Of a DNA stretch of 64,000 bases, positions 56,100 through 64,000 are shown piece after piece (position 1 is the stretch's first letter; each line of letters opens with the position of its first letter). The notes below the pieces were generated by a model. That model ran no database searches. It was not told the DNA's origin and worked only from the letters and a program-made list of their open reading frames with translations. Source of the DNA: Chloroflexota bacterium (GTDB lineage Bacteria > Chloroflexota > Anaerolineae > UBA4142 > SHND01); NCBI GenBank assembly GCA_029778615.1, contig JAKOPZ010000208.1, positions 1-64,000 on the forward strand, read 5' to 3'. A program made the translations under genes and the position numbers.

Positions 56100-56627
56100 A
56101 TGACTATCGCCATTTATCCCGGTTCATTCGACCCGATTCACAACGGGCACATTGAAATCGTTCGCCGCGCGTCGCTTTTGTTTGACGAGGTGTATTGGGC
56201 GGCGTATGACCGTCCGCTCAAAAATGTCTTGTTCACCGAACAAGAGCGTCTCGATTTCATGCGCCAAGCCGCGCGCGATTTACCAAAGGTGCAGGTGCGT
56301 TCGTATCACGGGCTCACCGTTTTGTTTGCGCGGCAAGTGGGCGCAACGGCGATTGTGCGCGGTTTGCGCGCGACGCACGATTTTGAAATTGAATATCAGA
56401 TGGCGCTGACCAATCACCAACAGGCGCCGGAGATTGATACCGTGTGCTTGATGACGGGCGCGCAGTACGCGTTCTTGAGTTCGAGTATTTTGAAAGAAGT
56501 CGCATTGGCAAACGGGAATATCTCTGAAATGGTGCCGCCGTACGTCGCGACAAAATTGCAGACGCGCATCGCGCAGCTCGGCGAAGACCGTGGGGAAAAA
56601 GTAAAATTGGTTTCGTTGCAAGAGTAG
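56100..56627 (+). CDS. coaD: phosphopantetheine adenylyltransferase
   Basis: YPGSFDPIHNGH nucleotidyltransferase motif. Confidence 0.9.
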   Translation: MTIAIYPGSFDPIHNGHIEIVRRASLLFDEVYWAAYDRPLKNVLFTEQERLDFMRQAARDLPKVQVRSYHGLTVLFARQVGATAIVRGLRATHDFEIEYQMALTNHQQAPEIDTVCLMTGAQYAFLSSSILKEVALANGNISEMVPPYVATKLQTRIAQLGEDRGEKVKLVSLQE

Positions 56628-56764
56628 AGACCTTTCGGCATACCGATTCTACAAATCGTCAATTGTATTTGCGCGTAATTTGTAGTAGTATCCTTTCGAT
56701 TCGTTCCCAAACGAGTCAACCATTCTACAACCAACTCCCCGCGCGTTCGGTGGGACGAAAGGGG

Positions 56765-57295
56765 TTGATCACCATAGATATTCTTTATTTGGTGGACCGT
56801 CTCGAAGCCGCCATCAACAAAGGCACGGCGGTGCCCTTTAGCAACAAACGCATGATTGATGAAGACGAATGTCTTGACATCATTGACCAGCTGCGTATTG
56901 CCGTGCCGGAAGAAATTAAACAGTCGCGGCGCGTGACGCAAGAAAAAGACCGCATCCTCGCGCAAGCCAAAGAAGAAGCCGACCGCATTGTGCAGATGGC
57001 AAAAGACGAGTCGGCGCGCATGGCAGACATGAGCGAAGTCGTCAAGACAGCGCAAGCGCGCGCTCAAGCCATCATGGCGCAAGCCGACGTGGACGCGAAA
57101 AGCACCCGCGCGGGCGCGGACGATTACGCGAACCAAGTGCTGACCGAACTGCAGCAGCGGTTGGATGAATTGACCGCGCGCGTTGCTACCTTGCAGGGCA
57201 CCGTGCACAATGGGCTGCGTATGTTGAACGACAAACGCGGCGCGGTGGGAGGCAGTCTGCCGCCGCCGCCGCCGACGGGCGCACCTTCCGGTTGA
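56765..57295 (+). CDS. coiled-coil hypothetical protein (weakly DivIVA-like N-terminus); start uncertain
   Basis: Charged coiled coil with a PPPPPTGAPSG tail. No ATG near the 5' end; TTG candidates only. Confidence 0.35.
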   Translation: MITIDILYLVDRLEAAINKGTAVPFSNKRMIDEDECLDIIDQLRIAVPEEIKQSRRVTQEKDRILAQAKEEADRIVQMAKDESARMADMSEVVKTAQARAQAIMAQADVDAKSTRAGADDYANQVLTELQQRLDELTARVATLQGTVHNGLRMLNDKRGAVGGSLPPPPPTGAPSG

Positions 57296-57300
57296 ACTTT

Positions 57301-57337
57301 AACCGACCGCGTGGCATTGCGCGGTCGGTTTTTTTGA
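57301..57337 (+). terminator. rho-independent terminator
   Basis: Stem AACCGACCGCG / CGCGGTCGGTT followed by T7. Confidence 0.75.
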
Positions 57338-57464
57338 CGCGCGCGCGATTTCGAATATAATGTTCTACGTTTCCAAAGCGTCGTGCCACAAGCCAGCGCC
57401 ACCCGCGCTGGCTTTCCGTTGCTTGGCGAATGCGCTCCGCAGCTCTACGTGAATGTGACGGTGG

Positions 57465-57998
57465 ATGATGCGTTACAATGTTTCACAATTACTTAAAGAC
57501 CATATTGGAGCCACGCGCCATTACTCTTTGCATGAAGACATTGCCGACCTTGACCCGTCGCTCAAGCCGTTGACCGACCTCAACGGCTCTGTAGATTTGA
57601 TTCGCACGAATGAGGGGATTCTCGTGCGTGCCGATTCACGTACCAGCGTCGAGTTGACGTGCAGCCGCTGCCTTACCTTTTTCGCGCTGCCGGTGCGGTT
57701 CAAGATTGAAGAGGAATTTCATCCAACCGTTGACATTAGTACCGGCGCGCGCTTGCCCCAACCGGACGATCCGGATGAGGCGACGTTGATTGACGCGCAC
57801 CATTTACTCGATTTATCTGAAATTGTTCGGCAGGACTTGACGCTCGCGTTACCGTTGGTGCCGCTGTGTCGCAATGATTGCAAAGGGCTGTGCCCCAACT
57901 GTGGCAAAAATTGGAATGAAGGCGCGTGCGATTGTGAGGAACAAGAGCTGGACCCGCGTTTCGCGGTATTGAAACAATTGCTCGACGAGTCTGACTAA
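57465..57998 (+). CDS. yceD: YceD/DUF177 family protein (large ribosomal subunit accumulation protein)
   Basis: C-terminal CxxC...CPNCG...C zinc motif. Positioned before rpmF. Confidence 0.85.
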   Translation: MMRYNVSQLLKDHIGATRHYSLHEDIADLDPSLKPLTDLNGSVDLIRTNEGILVRADSRTSVELTCSRCLTFFALPVRFKIEEEFHPTVDISTGARLPQPDDPDEATLIDAHHLLDLSEIVRQDLTLALPLVPLCRNDCKGLCPNCGKNWNEGACDCEEQELDPRFAVLKQLLDESD

Positions 57999-58242
57999 CT
58001 GCTTACTGTTTAGAACGCATCCGAAAACGTTGTTCCAATCATCGCAGATCATCACGTTGCGCGATAATAACCCTAATGCGAATCAGCTTTTAGGGTTTTC
58101 GGATGTGTTCTAGTGATTCCTGACACCAAAGGAGTTGAAGATGTATCCCGATACACCCCTGTCGAATGAAATGGGGGTGCGGTAGGGCAAATGGCGATGA
58201 ACTGCATCGCAGAAATTTGCCGTCCATTTTCAAAAGAGTACC

Positions 58243-58437
58243 ATGCCCCCTCTTCCAAAACGCAAACTTTCCAAAGGACGCCGTGACCGCCGCCGCAGTC
58301 ATCTTGCGCTGAAACCGCAAAATCTCACGGAATGTCCCAATTGCCACAACTTGTATATTCCGCATCGCGTGTGTCCGAACTGCGGTTACTACAAGGGCGA
58401 AGAAGTGATTACCGTCAAACAAGAAAAAACAAAATAA
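58243..58437 (+). CDS. rpmF: 50S ribosomal protein L32
   Basis: 64 aa, CPNCHNLYIPHRVCPNCGYY zinc ribbon. Confidence 0.9.
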   Translation: MPPLPKRKLSKGRRDRRRSHLALKPQNLTECPNCHNLYIPHRVCPNCGYYKGEEVITVKQEKTK

Positions 58438-58456
58438 ACTGATTGACCGTCAGCGC

Positions 58457-58492
58457 AAGGTCTGGTGTGCCAATACCAGACCTTTTTGTTTT
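58457..58492 (+). terminator. rho-independent terminator after rpmF
   Basis: Stem AGGTCTGGT / ACCAGACCT followed by T-rich TTTTTGTTTT. Confidence 0.7.
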
Positions 58493-58523
58493 GCGCGGAA
58501 AATTTGGTATAAAATAAACGACC

Positions 58524-59465
58524 ATGATGACAGCATGGGTTTTCCCCGGACAAGGTTCGCAATTTGTTGGCATGGCGCGCGATTTGTATGAAAAATTTTC
58601 CAGCGCGCGGCTTGTGCTTGACGCGGCAGATTCGGTGCTCGGCATCGCGCTTTCCAAATTGATGTTTGAAGGACCCGAAGCCGAACTCACCGACACGCTT
58701 AACGCGCAGCCCGCGCTGCTCGCGCACAGCATTGCCGCCCTCGCCGCGCTGCAACAAGCATCCGGCAATTCGCTGCCCGAAGCCGCGTATGTGGCAGGAC
58801 ACAGCATGGGCGAATTTTCCGCGCTCGTCGCGGCGGGCGCGCTCGATTTCGCGGATGGCGTAAAATTGGTGCGGGCGCGCGGTGAAGCAATGAAACGCGC
58901 GGGCACCGAACGCCCCGGCGCGATGGCGGCGATTCTCGGATTGGACGACAGCAAGATTCAAGAGATTTGCCGCGACGCGGGCGCGGTGCAGGTTGCCAAT
59001 TTCAACGCGCCCGGACAAATTGTTATTTCCGGCGCCAAGGACGCGATTGAACGCGCGGTGGACGGAGCAAAAAAAGCGGGCGCAAAACGCGCGATTGTTT
59101 TAGCGGTGAGCATCGCCGCGCATTCGGAATTGATGCGTCCCGCGATGGAAGAATTTCGCGCGGCGGTGACGATGACGCCGCTGCGTTCCGCGCGCGTCCC
59201 CGTCATTTCCAACGTCACCGCGCAGCCAATGAACGAACCGAATGCGTTTCGGCAAGAAATGCTCGCGCAGCTCACGTCTTCGGTGCAATGGGTCAAGAGC
59301 GTCGAATGGATGGAAACGCAAGGGGTAACGGAATTTTTGGAACTGGGTGCAAAAGATGTGTTGAGCGGTTTGAACAAACGCATCGCCAAAAACGCACCCA
59401 CGCGACCAATTGGCACGGTTGAACAGATTGAAAAATATCTCGCCCTACGGGAGCAAATGGCATGA
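58524..59465 (+). CDS. fabD: ACP S-malonyltransferase
   Basis: GQGSQ and GHSMGE active-site motifs. Confidence 0.9.
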   Translation: MMTAWVFPGQGSQFVGMARDLYEKFSSARLVLDAADSVLGIALSKLMFEGPEAELTDTLNAQPALLAHSIAALAALQQASGNSLPEAAYVAGHSMGEFSALVAAGALDFADGVKLVRARGEAMKRAGTERPGAMAAILGLDDSKIQEICRDAGAVQVANFNAPGQIVISGAKDAIERAVDGAKKAGAKRAIVLAVSIAAHSELMRPAMEEFRAAVTMTPLRSARVPVISNVTAQPMNEPNAFRQEMLAQLTSSVQWVKSVEWMETQGVTEFLELGAKDVLSGLNKRIAKNAPTRPIGTVEQIEKYLALREQMA

Positions 59466-60205
59466 TAGATTTGAATGGCAAAGCCGCGCTGGTGACCGGC
59501 GCATCGCGCGGCATCGGGCGCGCGATTGCACTGCGCCTCGCCGAGTTGGGCGCCAAGGTTGCGGTCAACTATCTCAAGAGCGCGGACGAAGCGACGCAAG
59601 TGGTGCAAGAAATTAAAAGCAAAGGCGGCGAAGCGATTGCGGTGCAAGGCGATGTGAGTCAATTCACCGCCGCGCAAAATGTCGTCAAAGCCACTACCGA
59701 CGCGTTTGGGCGGCTGGATATTTTGGTCAATAATGCAGGCACGACGCGCGACAATTTGCTCGCGTTGATGAAAGAAGAAGAATTTGATTACATTATCGCC
59801 GCCGACTTGAAGAGTGTTTTTAATTGTTCCAAAGCGGCGCTGCGGCAAATGATGCGGCAAAAATATGGACGCGTGGTCAACATTACGTCCGTGTCGGGCG
59901 TGATGGGCAATCCGGGACAAACGAATTATTCCGCGGCGAAAGCGGGCGTGATTGGATTCACCAAAGCGATGGCAAAAGAGTACGCGCCGAAAAATATCGC
60001 GGTAAACGCCGTCGCCGCCGGATATATTCCTACCGATTTGACGAACGCGCTGCCGCAAGATGTCAAAGACAACATCGTGAAATTTATTCCGATGCAGCGT
60101 TTTGGTACCGTCGAAGAAGTGGCGGATGTGGTCGCGTTTCTTGCGTCGGACCGCGCGTCGTACATCACCGGACAGACTCTGGCAGTGGATGGAGGAATGG
60201 TGTAA
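59462..60205 (+). CDS. fabG: 3-oxoacyl-ACP reductase
   Basis: SDR motifs TGASRGIG, NNAG and YSAAK. Confidence 0.9.
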   Translation: MIDLNGKAALVTGASRGIGRAIALRLAELGAKVAVNYLKSADEATQVVQEIKSKGGEAIAVQGDVSQFTAAQNVVKATTDAFGRLDILVNNAGTTRDNLLALMKEEEFDYIIAADLKSVFNCSKAALRQMMRQKYGRVVNITSVSGVMGNPGQTNYSAAKAGVIGFTKAMAKEYAPKNIAVNAVAAGYIPTDLTNALPQDVKDNIVKFIPMQRFGTVEEVADVVAFLASDRASYITGQTLAVDGGMV

Positions 60206-60239
60206 TTGGGATTGGTGATATTAGATTTATGATTTCACC

Positions 60240-60351
60240 TTACGCATGTCATTTCGAATCCCTCAATCCTTCGGGGTAAACTCTGTGAGAAATCTCAGTT
60301 TTTTCCACCGAGATTTCTCGCCAGACCGCTCGAAATGACAATTCTGCGTAA
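60240..60351. mobile_element. MITE-like hairpin repeat, copy E
   Basis: Terminal inverted repeats TTACGCATGTCATTTCGA and TCGAAATGACAATTCTGCGTAA. The inner module (CCCTCAATCCTTCGGGGTAAACTCTGTGAGAAATCTC) is shared with copy D in opposite orientation. Flanked by TTATGATTT-type direct repeats. Confidence 0.55.
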
Positions 60352-60421
60352 CATGAGTTATGATTTTAGATTTGGTGAAACGAAAATCATAAACCGCAAA
60401 TCATAAACCATAAATCTCTGC

Positions 60422-60775
60422 ATGGACGAAACTCTCGGCGCGGTGATTATTTCACCTCAAGTGATAACAACGGTCGTGCGACAGGTTGCGTCAAGCACCG
60501 AAGGCATCGCGGGACTCGCCACCAGTTTTTCGGGACGCATGAGCCGCGTGCTGCGCGGCAATCGTTCCGCGAGCGGCGTTGACGTACAAGTCGAAGACGG
60601 CGCCGTGACGATTGATGTGTATGTGGTTGCGAAACCCAACACCCAACTCTTGCCGCTCGGGCAAACATTGCAATATGAAATTAGTCGCTCGATTTCGGAT
60701 GTGGTGGGAATGGCAGTCCGCGCGGTCAACGTCCATTTTGCGGATGTCCAGGACCCGCTGGACGCGCAAACGTAG
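60422..60775 (+). CDS. Asp23/Gls24 family protein
   Basis: Asp23 pattern. Precedes nusB as in B. subtilis yqhY-nusB. Confidence 0.75.
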   Translation: MDETLGAVIISPQVITTVVRQVASSTEGIAGLATSFSGRMSRVLRGNRSASGVDVQVEDGAVTIDVYVVAKPNTQLLPLGQTLQYEISRSISDVVGMAVRAVNVHFADVQDPLDAQT

Positions 60776-60778
60776 CGT

Positions 60779-61234
60779 ATGAAAGTCCGTCGCAAAGCTC
60801 GCGCCCTCGCGCTGCAAGTGTTGTTTGAAGTGGATTCGGTGGAACATCCGGTTGAAGTTGCCCTGCCGCGTCGTTTGGAAGCGGCGCGCGAAGAAGATGA
60901 AGCATCAGAGCGCGCGGTGATGCCGCCCGAAGCGGAAACTTTTGTCCGAACGCTGGTGAATGGTGTGCTCGCGCAGCGCGATGAATTGGATGCGCTGATT
61001 GCGAAATATGCGCCCGAGTATCCGGTAGACCAATTGGCGATTGTAGACCGCAATGTTCTGCGTTTGGCATTCTACGAATTGAAAAATATGGGCGATGTTC
61101 CCGTCAAGGTCGCGATTAACGAAGCGGTCGAGTTGGCAAAATTGTATGGCAGTGACAGCGCGCCGCGTTTCGTCAACGGCGTGTTGGGCGCATTCCTCGC
61201 GGGGCATCCTGCGTTGGCAAAGCGAGGCGCGTGA
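60779..61234 (+). CDS. nusB: transcription antitermination factor NusB
   Basis: [12 protein letters not shown]-terminus and NusB fold pattern. Confidence 0.9.
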   Translation: MKVRRKARALALQVLFEVDSVEHPVEVALPRRLEAAREEDEASERAVMPPEAETFVRTLVNGVLAQRDELDALIAKYAPEYPVDQLAIVDRNVLRLAFYELKNMGDVPVKVAINEAVELAKLYGSDSAPRFVNGVLGAFLAGHPALAKRGA

Positions 61235-61603
61235 ATGAATGTTTTTGGTGTGGGACCGACCGAACTTTTTGTCGTGCTCATTGTAATTCTTGTGCTATTT
61301 GGACCTGACCGCCTTCCGGAACTGGCAAAAAAAATCGGCGGTGCGTCGCGCGAACTGCGCGATAACTTGAACTCGTTAAATGAACAAATGAACACCGCGC
61401 TGGAAACCTCAATGGAACTCGACAAGGCGCGCATGACTCCGCCGGCGGGCGATTCCGAAACAATCGCGCCCGCGTCAGAAAATTCTATTTTGCCCCAAGC
61501 GGCTCTGGCAGAATTGCCCGCCACGACATCCGAAGATTCCTCTACCGCAACACCCGACCCCAACCCGGCGCAAACCACCGTCCCGCCCGCCGCGCAAGAT
61601 TGA
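61235..61603 (+). CDS. tatA: twin-arginine translocase TatA/E family subunit
   Basis: N-terminal TM + hinge FGPDRLPELAKKIG + amphipathic helix, then an acidic Pro/Thr tail. Confidence 0.8.
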   Translation: MNVFGVGPTELFVVLIVILVLFGPDRLPELAKKIGGASRELRDNLNSLNEQMNTALETSMELDKARMTPPAGDSETIAPASENSILPQAALAELPATTSEDSSTATPDPNPAQTTVPPAAQD

Positions 61604-61609
61604 CGCGTC

Positions 61610-62812
61610 ATGCCTGATATTCTTTCCATCATCCTGTTGGCACTCGTCGCGCTGCTTGTCATCGGTCCGCGTCGGCTGCCGGAAAGCATCGAAGCATTGT
61701 GGCTCGCGCTGACGGATTTTCAACGGATGCAGCGCGGGGAACCGCCGCTCGGTTCACTGCACAATGCGCGCCGCGTCTGGATTAGCCAAAAGAGCAACAT
61801 TTATGCGGGCATCCAGATTTTGTATCAGGTCACGGTGCATCTGGAAGAACTGCGGCGGCGCATCTTGTACGTGCTCGGCGCGTTCGCGGTGGGATTCGCC
61901 GTCGCGTTTCTGTTCGCGCAGCCCTTGCTCGGTTTCATCATTCGCCCCGTGCGGGTGATTCAGCCCGCCGTTCAAACGAGCATTCCCGTCAACTATTATG
62001 TGCTCACTCAAGACGTCGCGGTGCAAACGACGCTGGTCACGGCAACGGGTCCCGTGAGCGCGACGGTCACCATTCCAAACGGCACGGTGCTGCCCATCAG
62101 TTTGACCAACACGACGCCAGTGGTTTTGAAACCGACGGAACTCTTTTCGACGTACGTTCAGGTCGCGCTGATTGCGGGGTTTGCCGCCGCGCTGCCCATG
62201 ATTCTTTTGCAGTTGATTTGGTTTTTGCGCGGACCGAAATTTTATTACGCGGCACTGAGCAATAAAGAATGGCAGACCGTGCGCAATACGCTTTCCGAAC
62301 AAGAACTCGCGGAAGCGGAAATGCAGCGCGCGGCAGTGTACGAAGGTTTGACGGAACGCGAAACGCGTCCGATGTTTTTCCTGCTGCCGTTCGCGCTGCT
62401 CTTGTTCATCGCGGGCGTTTTGTTTACCTATTTCTTGTTACTGCCCAGCGCGCTCGATTTTTTGTTTAATCTCGGCGGCGACTTGGTGCAGCCGCTGCCT
62501 TCATTGGAAGATTATGTGGATTTTTCGCTCACACTGATTTTTTGGGTGGGGCTCACTTTTGAACTGCCGCTCGTCATGTTTTTCCTCGCGCGTTTCAATG
62601 TAGTTTCTGCGCGTCAATTTGCAAAACAATGGCGTTACGCGGTCGTGATTATTGCAGTCGTCGCAGCGGTGATTACGCCGACGGTGGATGTGTTCAACAT
62701 GACGCTCGTCGCGCTCCCGATGTTGGGCTTGTATGTGCTCGGCATTGTGTTCGCGTGGCTCGCGCGTCCCGGCGCAAAACCGGCTTCACCGCAAATACCA
62801 GCCAAAGTCTAA
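61610..62812 (+). CDS. tatC: TatB-like N-terminal segment fused to TatC (Sec-independent translocase)
   Basis: Residues 1-30 match the TatA/B TM+hinge (ILSIILLALVALLVIGPRRLPE). From about residue 75, TatC TM1 onward (LEELRRRILYVLGAFAVGF...) continues through six TatC-like TM segments. A large Thr/Val-rich insertion lies after TM1. Confidence 0.7.
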   Translation: MPDILSIILLALVALLVIGPRRLPESIEALWLALTDFQRMQRGEPPLGSLHNARRVWISQKSNIYAGIQILYQVTVHLEELRRRILYVLGAFAVGFAVAFLFAQPLLGFIIRPVRVIQPAVQTSIPVNYYVLTQDVAVQTTLVTATGPVSATVTIPNGTVLPISLTNTTPVVLKPTELFSTYVQVALIAGFAAALPMILLQLIWFLRGPKFYYAALSNKEWQTVRNTLSEQELAEAEMQRAAVYEGLTERETRPMFFLLPFALLLFIAGVLFTYFLLLPSALDFLFNLGGDLVQPLPSLEDYVDFSLTLIFWVGLTFELPLVMFFLARFNVVSARQFAKQWRYAVVIIAVVAAVITPTVDVFNMTLVALPMLGLYVLGIVFAWLARPGAKPASPQIPAKV

Positions 62813-62845
62813 CCCACGACGGAAAAAATTTTCAGGAGGTCTCTA

Positions 62846-64000
62846 ATGATTCAGTCAATGAAGACTGAGCGCGAACGAGTTATCATCATGGGCGCAGCAG
62901 GACGCGACTTTCACAATTTCAACACGTACTTTCGTACGCGTCCCGAATACGAGGTGGTGGCATTCACCGCGACCCAAATTCCTAACATCGAAGGACGCGT
63001 CTACCCGCGCGAACTCGCGGGCGAGTTGTATCCGAACGGCATTCCCATTTTCCCCGAAAGCGATTTGGACGATTTGATTCATAAGCATCAAGTGAATCAG
63101 GTCGTCTTTTCGTACAGCGATGTTTCGCACGAATACGTGATGCACCGCGCGTCCCTCGTGCAAGCGGCCGGCGCGGATTTCCGTTTGCTCGGTCCGAATG
63201 CGACGATGGTGAAATCGTCGAAACCTGTCGTCGCGGTGTGCGCGGTGCGAACCGGTTCGGGCAAATCGCAAACGACGCGCGCGGTGGTCGCCGCGTTAAA
63301 AGATATGGGAATGCGCGTCGTCGTCGTCCGCCATCCAATGCCTTATGGCGATTTGGTGAAACAAGCGATGCAGCGTTTTGAAACGTACGATGATTTGGCG
63401 AAACATGATGTGACAATTGAAGAGCGCGAAGAATACGAACCGCATCTTGCAAACGATACGGTTGTGTACGCGGGCGTGGATTATGAAAAAATTCTGCGCG
63501 CGGCGGAACAAGAAGCGGATGTGGTGTTGTGGGACGGCGGCAACAATGATTTTTCATTTTTCAAACCCGATGTGTATATCACGGTCGTTGACCCGCATCG
63601 CCCCGAACACGAGTTGCGTTACTATCCGGGCGAAACCAATTTGCGTCTTGCGGATGTGATTGTGATTAACAAGATTGACACCGCGCGTCCCGAAGATGTG
63701 GAACGCGTGCGCGTGAGCATTCGCGAAACGAACCCGCGCGCGATTGTGGTGGACGGCGCGTCGCCGATTTTTGTCGCGAACCCCGACGCGATTCGCGGCA
63801 AGCGCGTGTTGGTCGTCGAAGATGGCCCAACTCTCACGCACGGCGAAATGGCGTATGGCGCGGGCGTTGTCGCGGCGCGGCGTTTTGGCGCGGCGGAAAT
63901 TGTGGACCCGCGTCCGTTTGCCGTACGAACGATTGCCGACACGTACAAAAAATATCCGACGACAGGCGCGGTCTTGCCCGCGATGGGTTATGGCGCAGAA
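62846..64000 (+). CDS. cyclic 2,3-diphosphoglycerate synthetase-like P-loop protein, 3' partial
   Basis: AGGAGG Shine-Dalgarno 7 nt before the ATG at 62846. Translation MIQSMKTERERVIIMGAAGRDFHNFN...CAVRTGSGKSQTT read manually. Not in the ORF track because it runs off the window. Confidence 0.45.
   Translation, partial: MIQSMKTERERVIIMGAAGRDFHNFNTYFRTRPEYEVVAFTATQIPNIEGRVYPRELAGELYPNGIPIFPESDLDDLIHKHQVNQVVFSYSDVSHEYVMHRASLVQAAGADFRLLGPNATMVKSSKPVVAVCAVRTGSGKSQTTRAVVAALKDMGMRVVVVRHPMPYGDLVKQAMQRFETYDDLAKHDVTIEEREEYEPHLANDTVVYAGVDYEKILRAAEQEADVVLWDGGNNDFSFFKPDVYITVVDPHRPEHELRYYPGETNLRLADVIVINKIDTARPEDVERVRVSIRETNPRAIVVDGASPIFVANPDAIRGKRVLVVEDGPTLTHGEMAYGAGVVAARRFGAAEIVDPRPFAVRTIADTYKKYPTTGAVLPAMGYGAE

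Noticed and set aside
58010-58112. LexA box interpretation of TAGAAC...GTTCTA in the yceD-rpmF spacer
   Set aside because: The half-sites are 67 nt apart rather than 4, so this is a long hairpin and not a LexA operator.

Overview
This 64 kb window is a high-GC bacterial chromosomal segment (GC about 58-60% by eye), densely coding on both strands, with no rRNA, tRNA or CRISPR recognised.

The organism is probably Chloroflexota-like (Gram-positive-type). Two observations support that guess: the gene order is Firmicutes/Chloroflexi-like (rpmB-asp23-yloV-degV-degV-recG, coaD...yceD-rpmF-fabD-fabG, prfA-prmC-tsaC, asp23-nusB-tatA-tatC), and the putative LexA operators are of the GAAC-N4-GTTC type.

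Most of the window is housekeeping:
- ftcD (partial) and hutI
- a sugar-binding ABC lipoprotein
- moaA, erpA, folC-folP
- lon, murJ, rpsT
- pgeF, yggS, yggT, rlmN, rpe
- recG, coaD, nusB

The most interesting locus is at 37.4-41.2 kb. A LexA-like repressor there has all three autocleavage determinants substituted (cleavage-site Gly, nucleophile Ser, general-base Lys). It sits behind a promoter carrying two GAAC-N4-GTTC operators. It heads a co-directional gene set encoding a Cys-rich coiled-coil protein, a stand-alone FtsK/SpoIIIE-type ATPase, a small PQ-rich membrane protein and two small unknown proteins. This is a candidate undescribed regulated module.

Other non-housekeeping items:
1. A lower-GC islet carries a gamma-class N6-adenine DNA methyltransferase. 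A BsuBI/PstI-family restriction endonuclease is nested in the methyltransferase reading frame and split by a frameshift at an A-tract.
2. A second lower-GC islet has a LuxR-type regulator plus two secreted proteins.
3. A family of 100-150 bp MITE-like hairpin elements with terminal inverted repeats is present in five copies. Two copies have flanking direct duplications, and one replaces the 3' end of vanZ.
4. Several families of short palindromic word repeats sit at gene junctions.
5. Two 11-12 nt poly-C tracts are present.
6. The tatA-family (TatB-like) and tatC genes appear to be naturally fused.

All functional calls come from reading the translated ORFs and recalled family motifs. No database searches were run.
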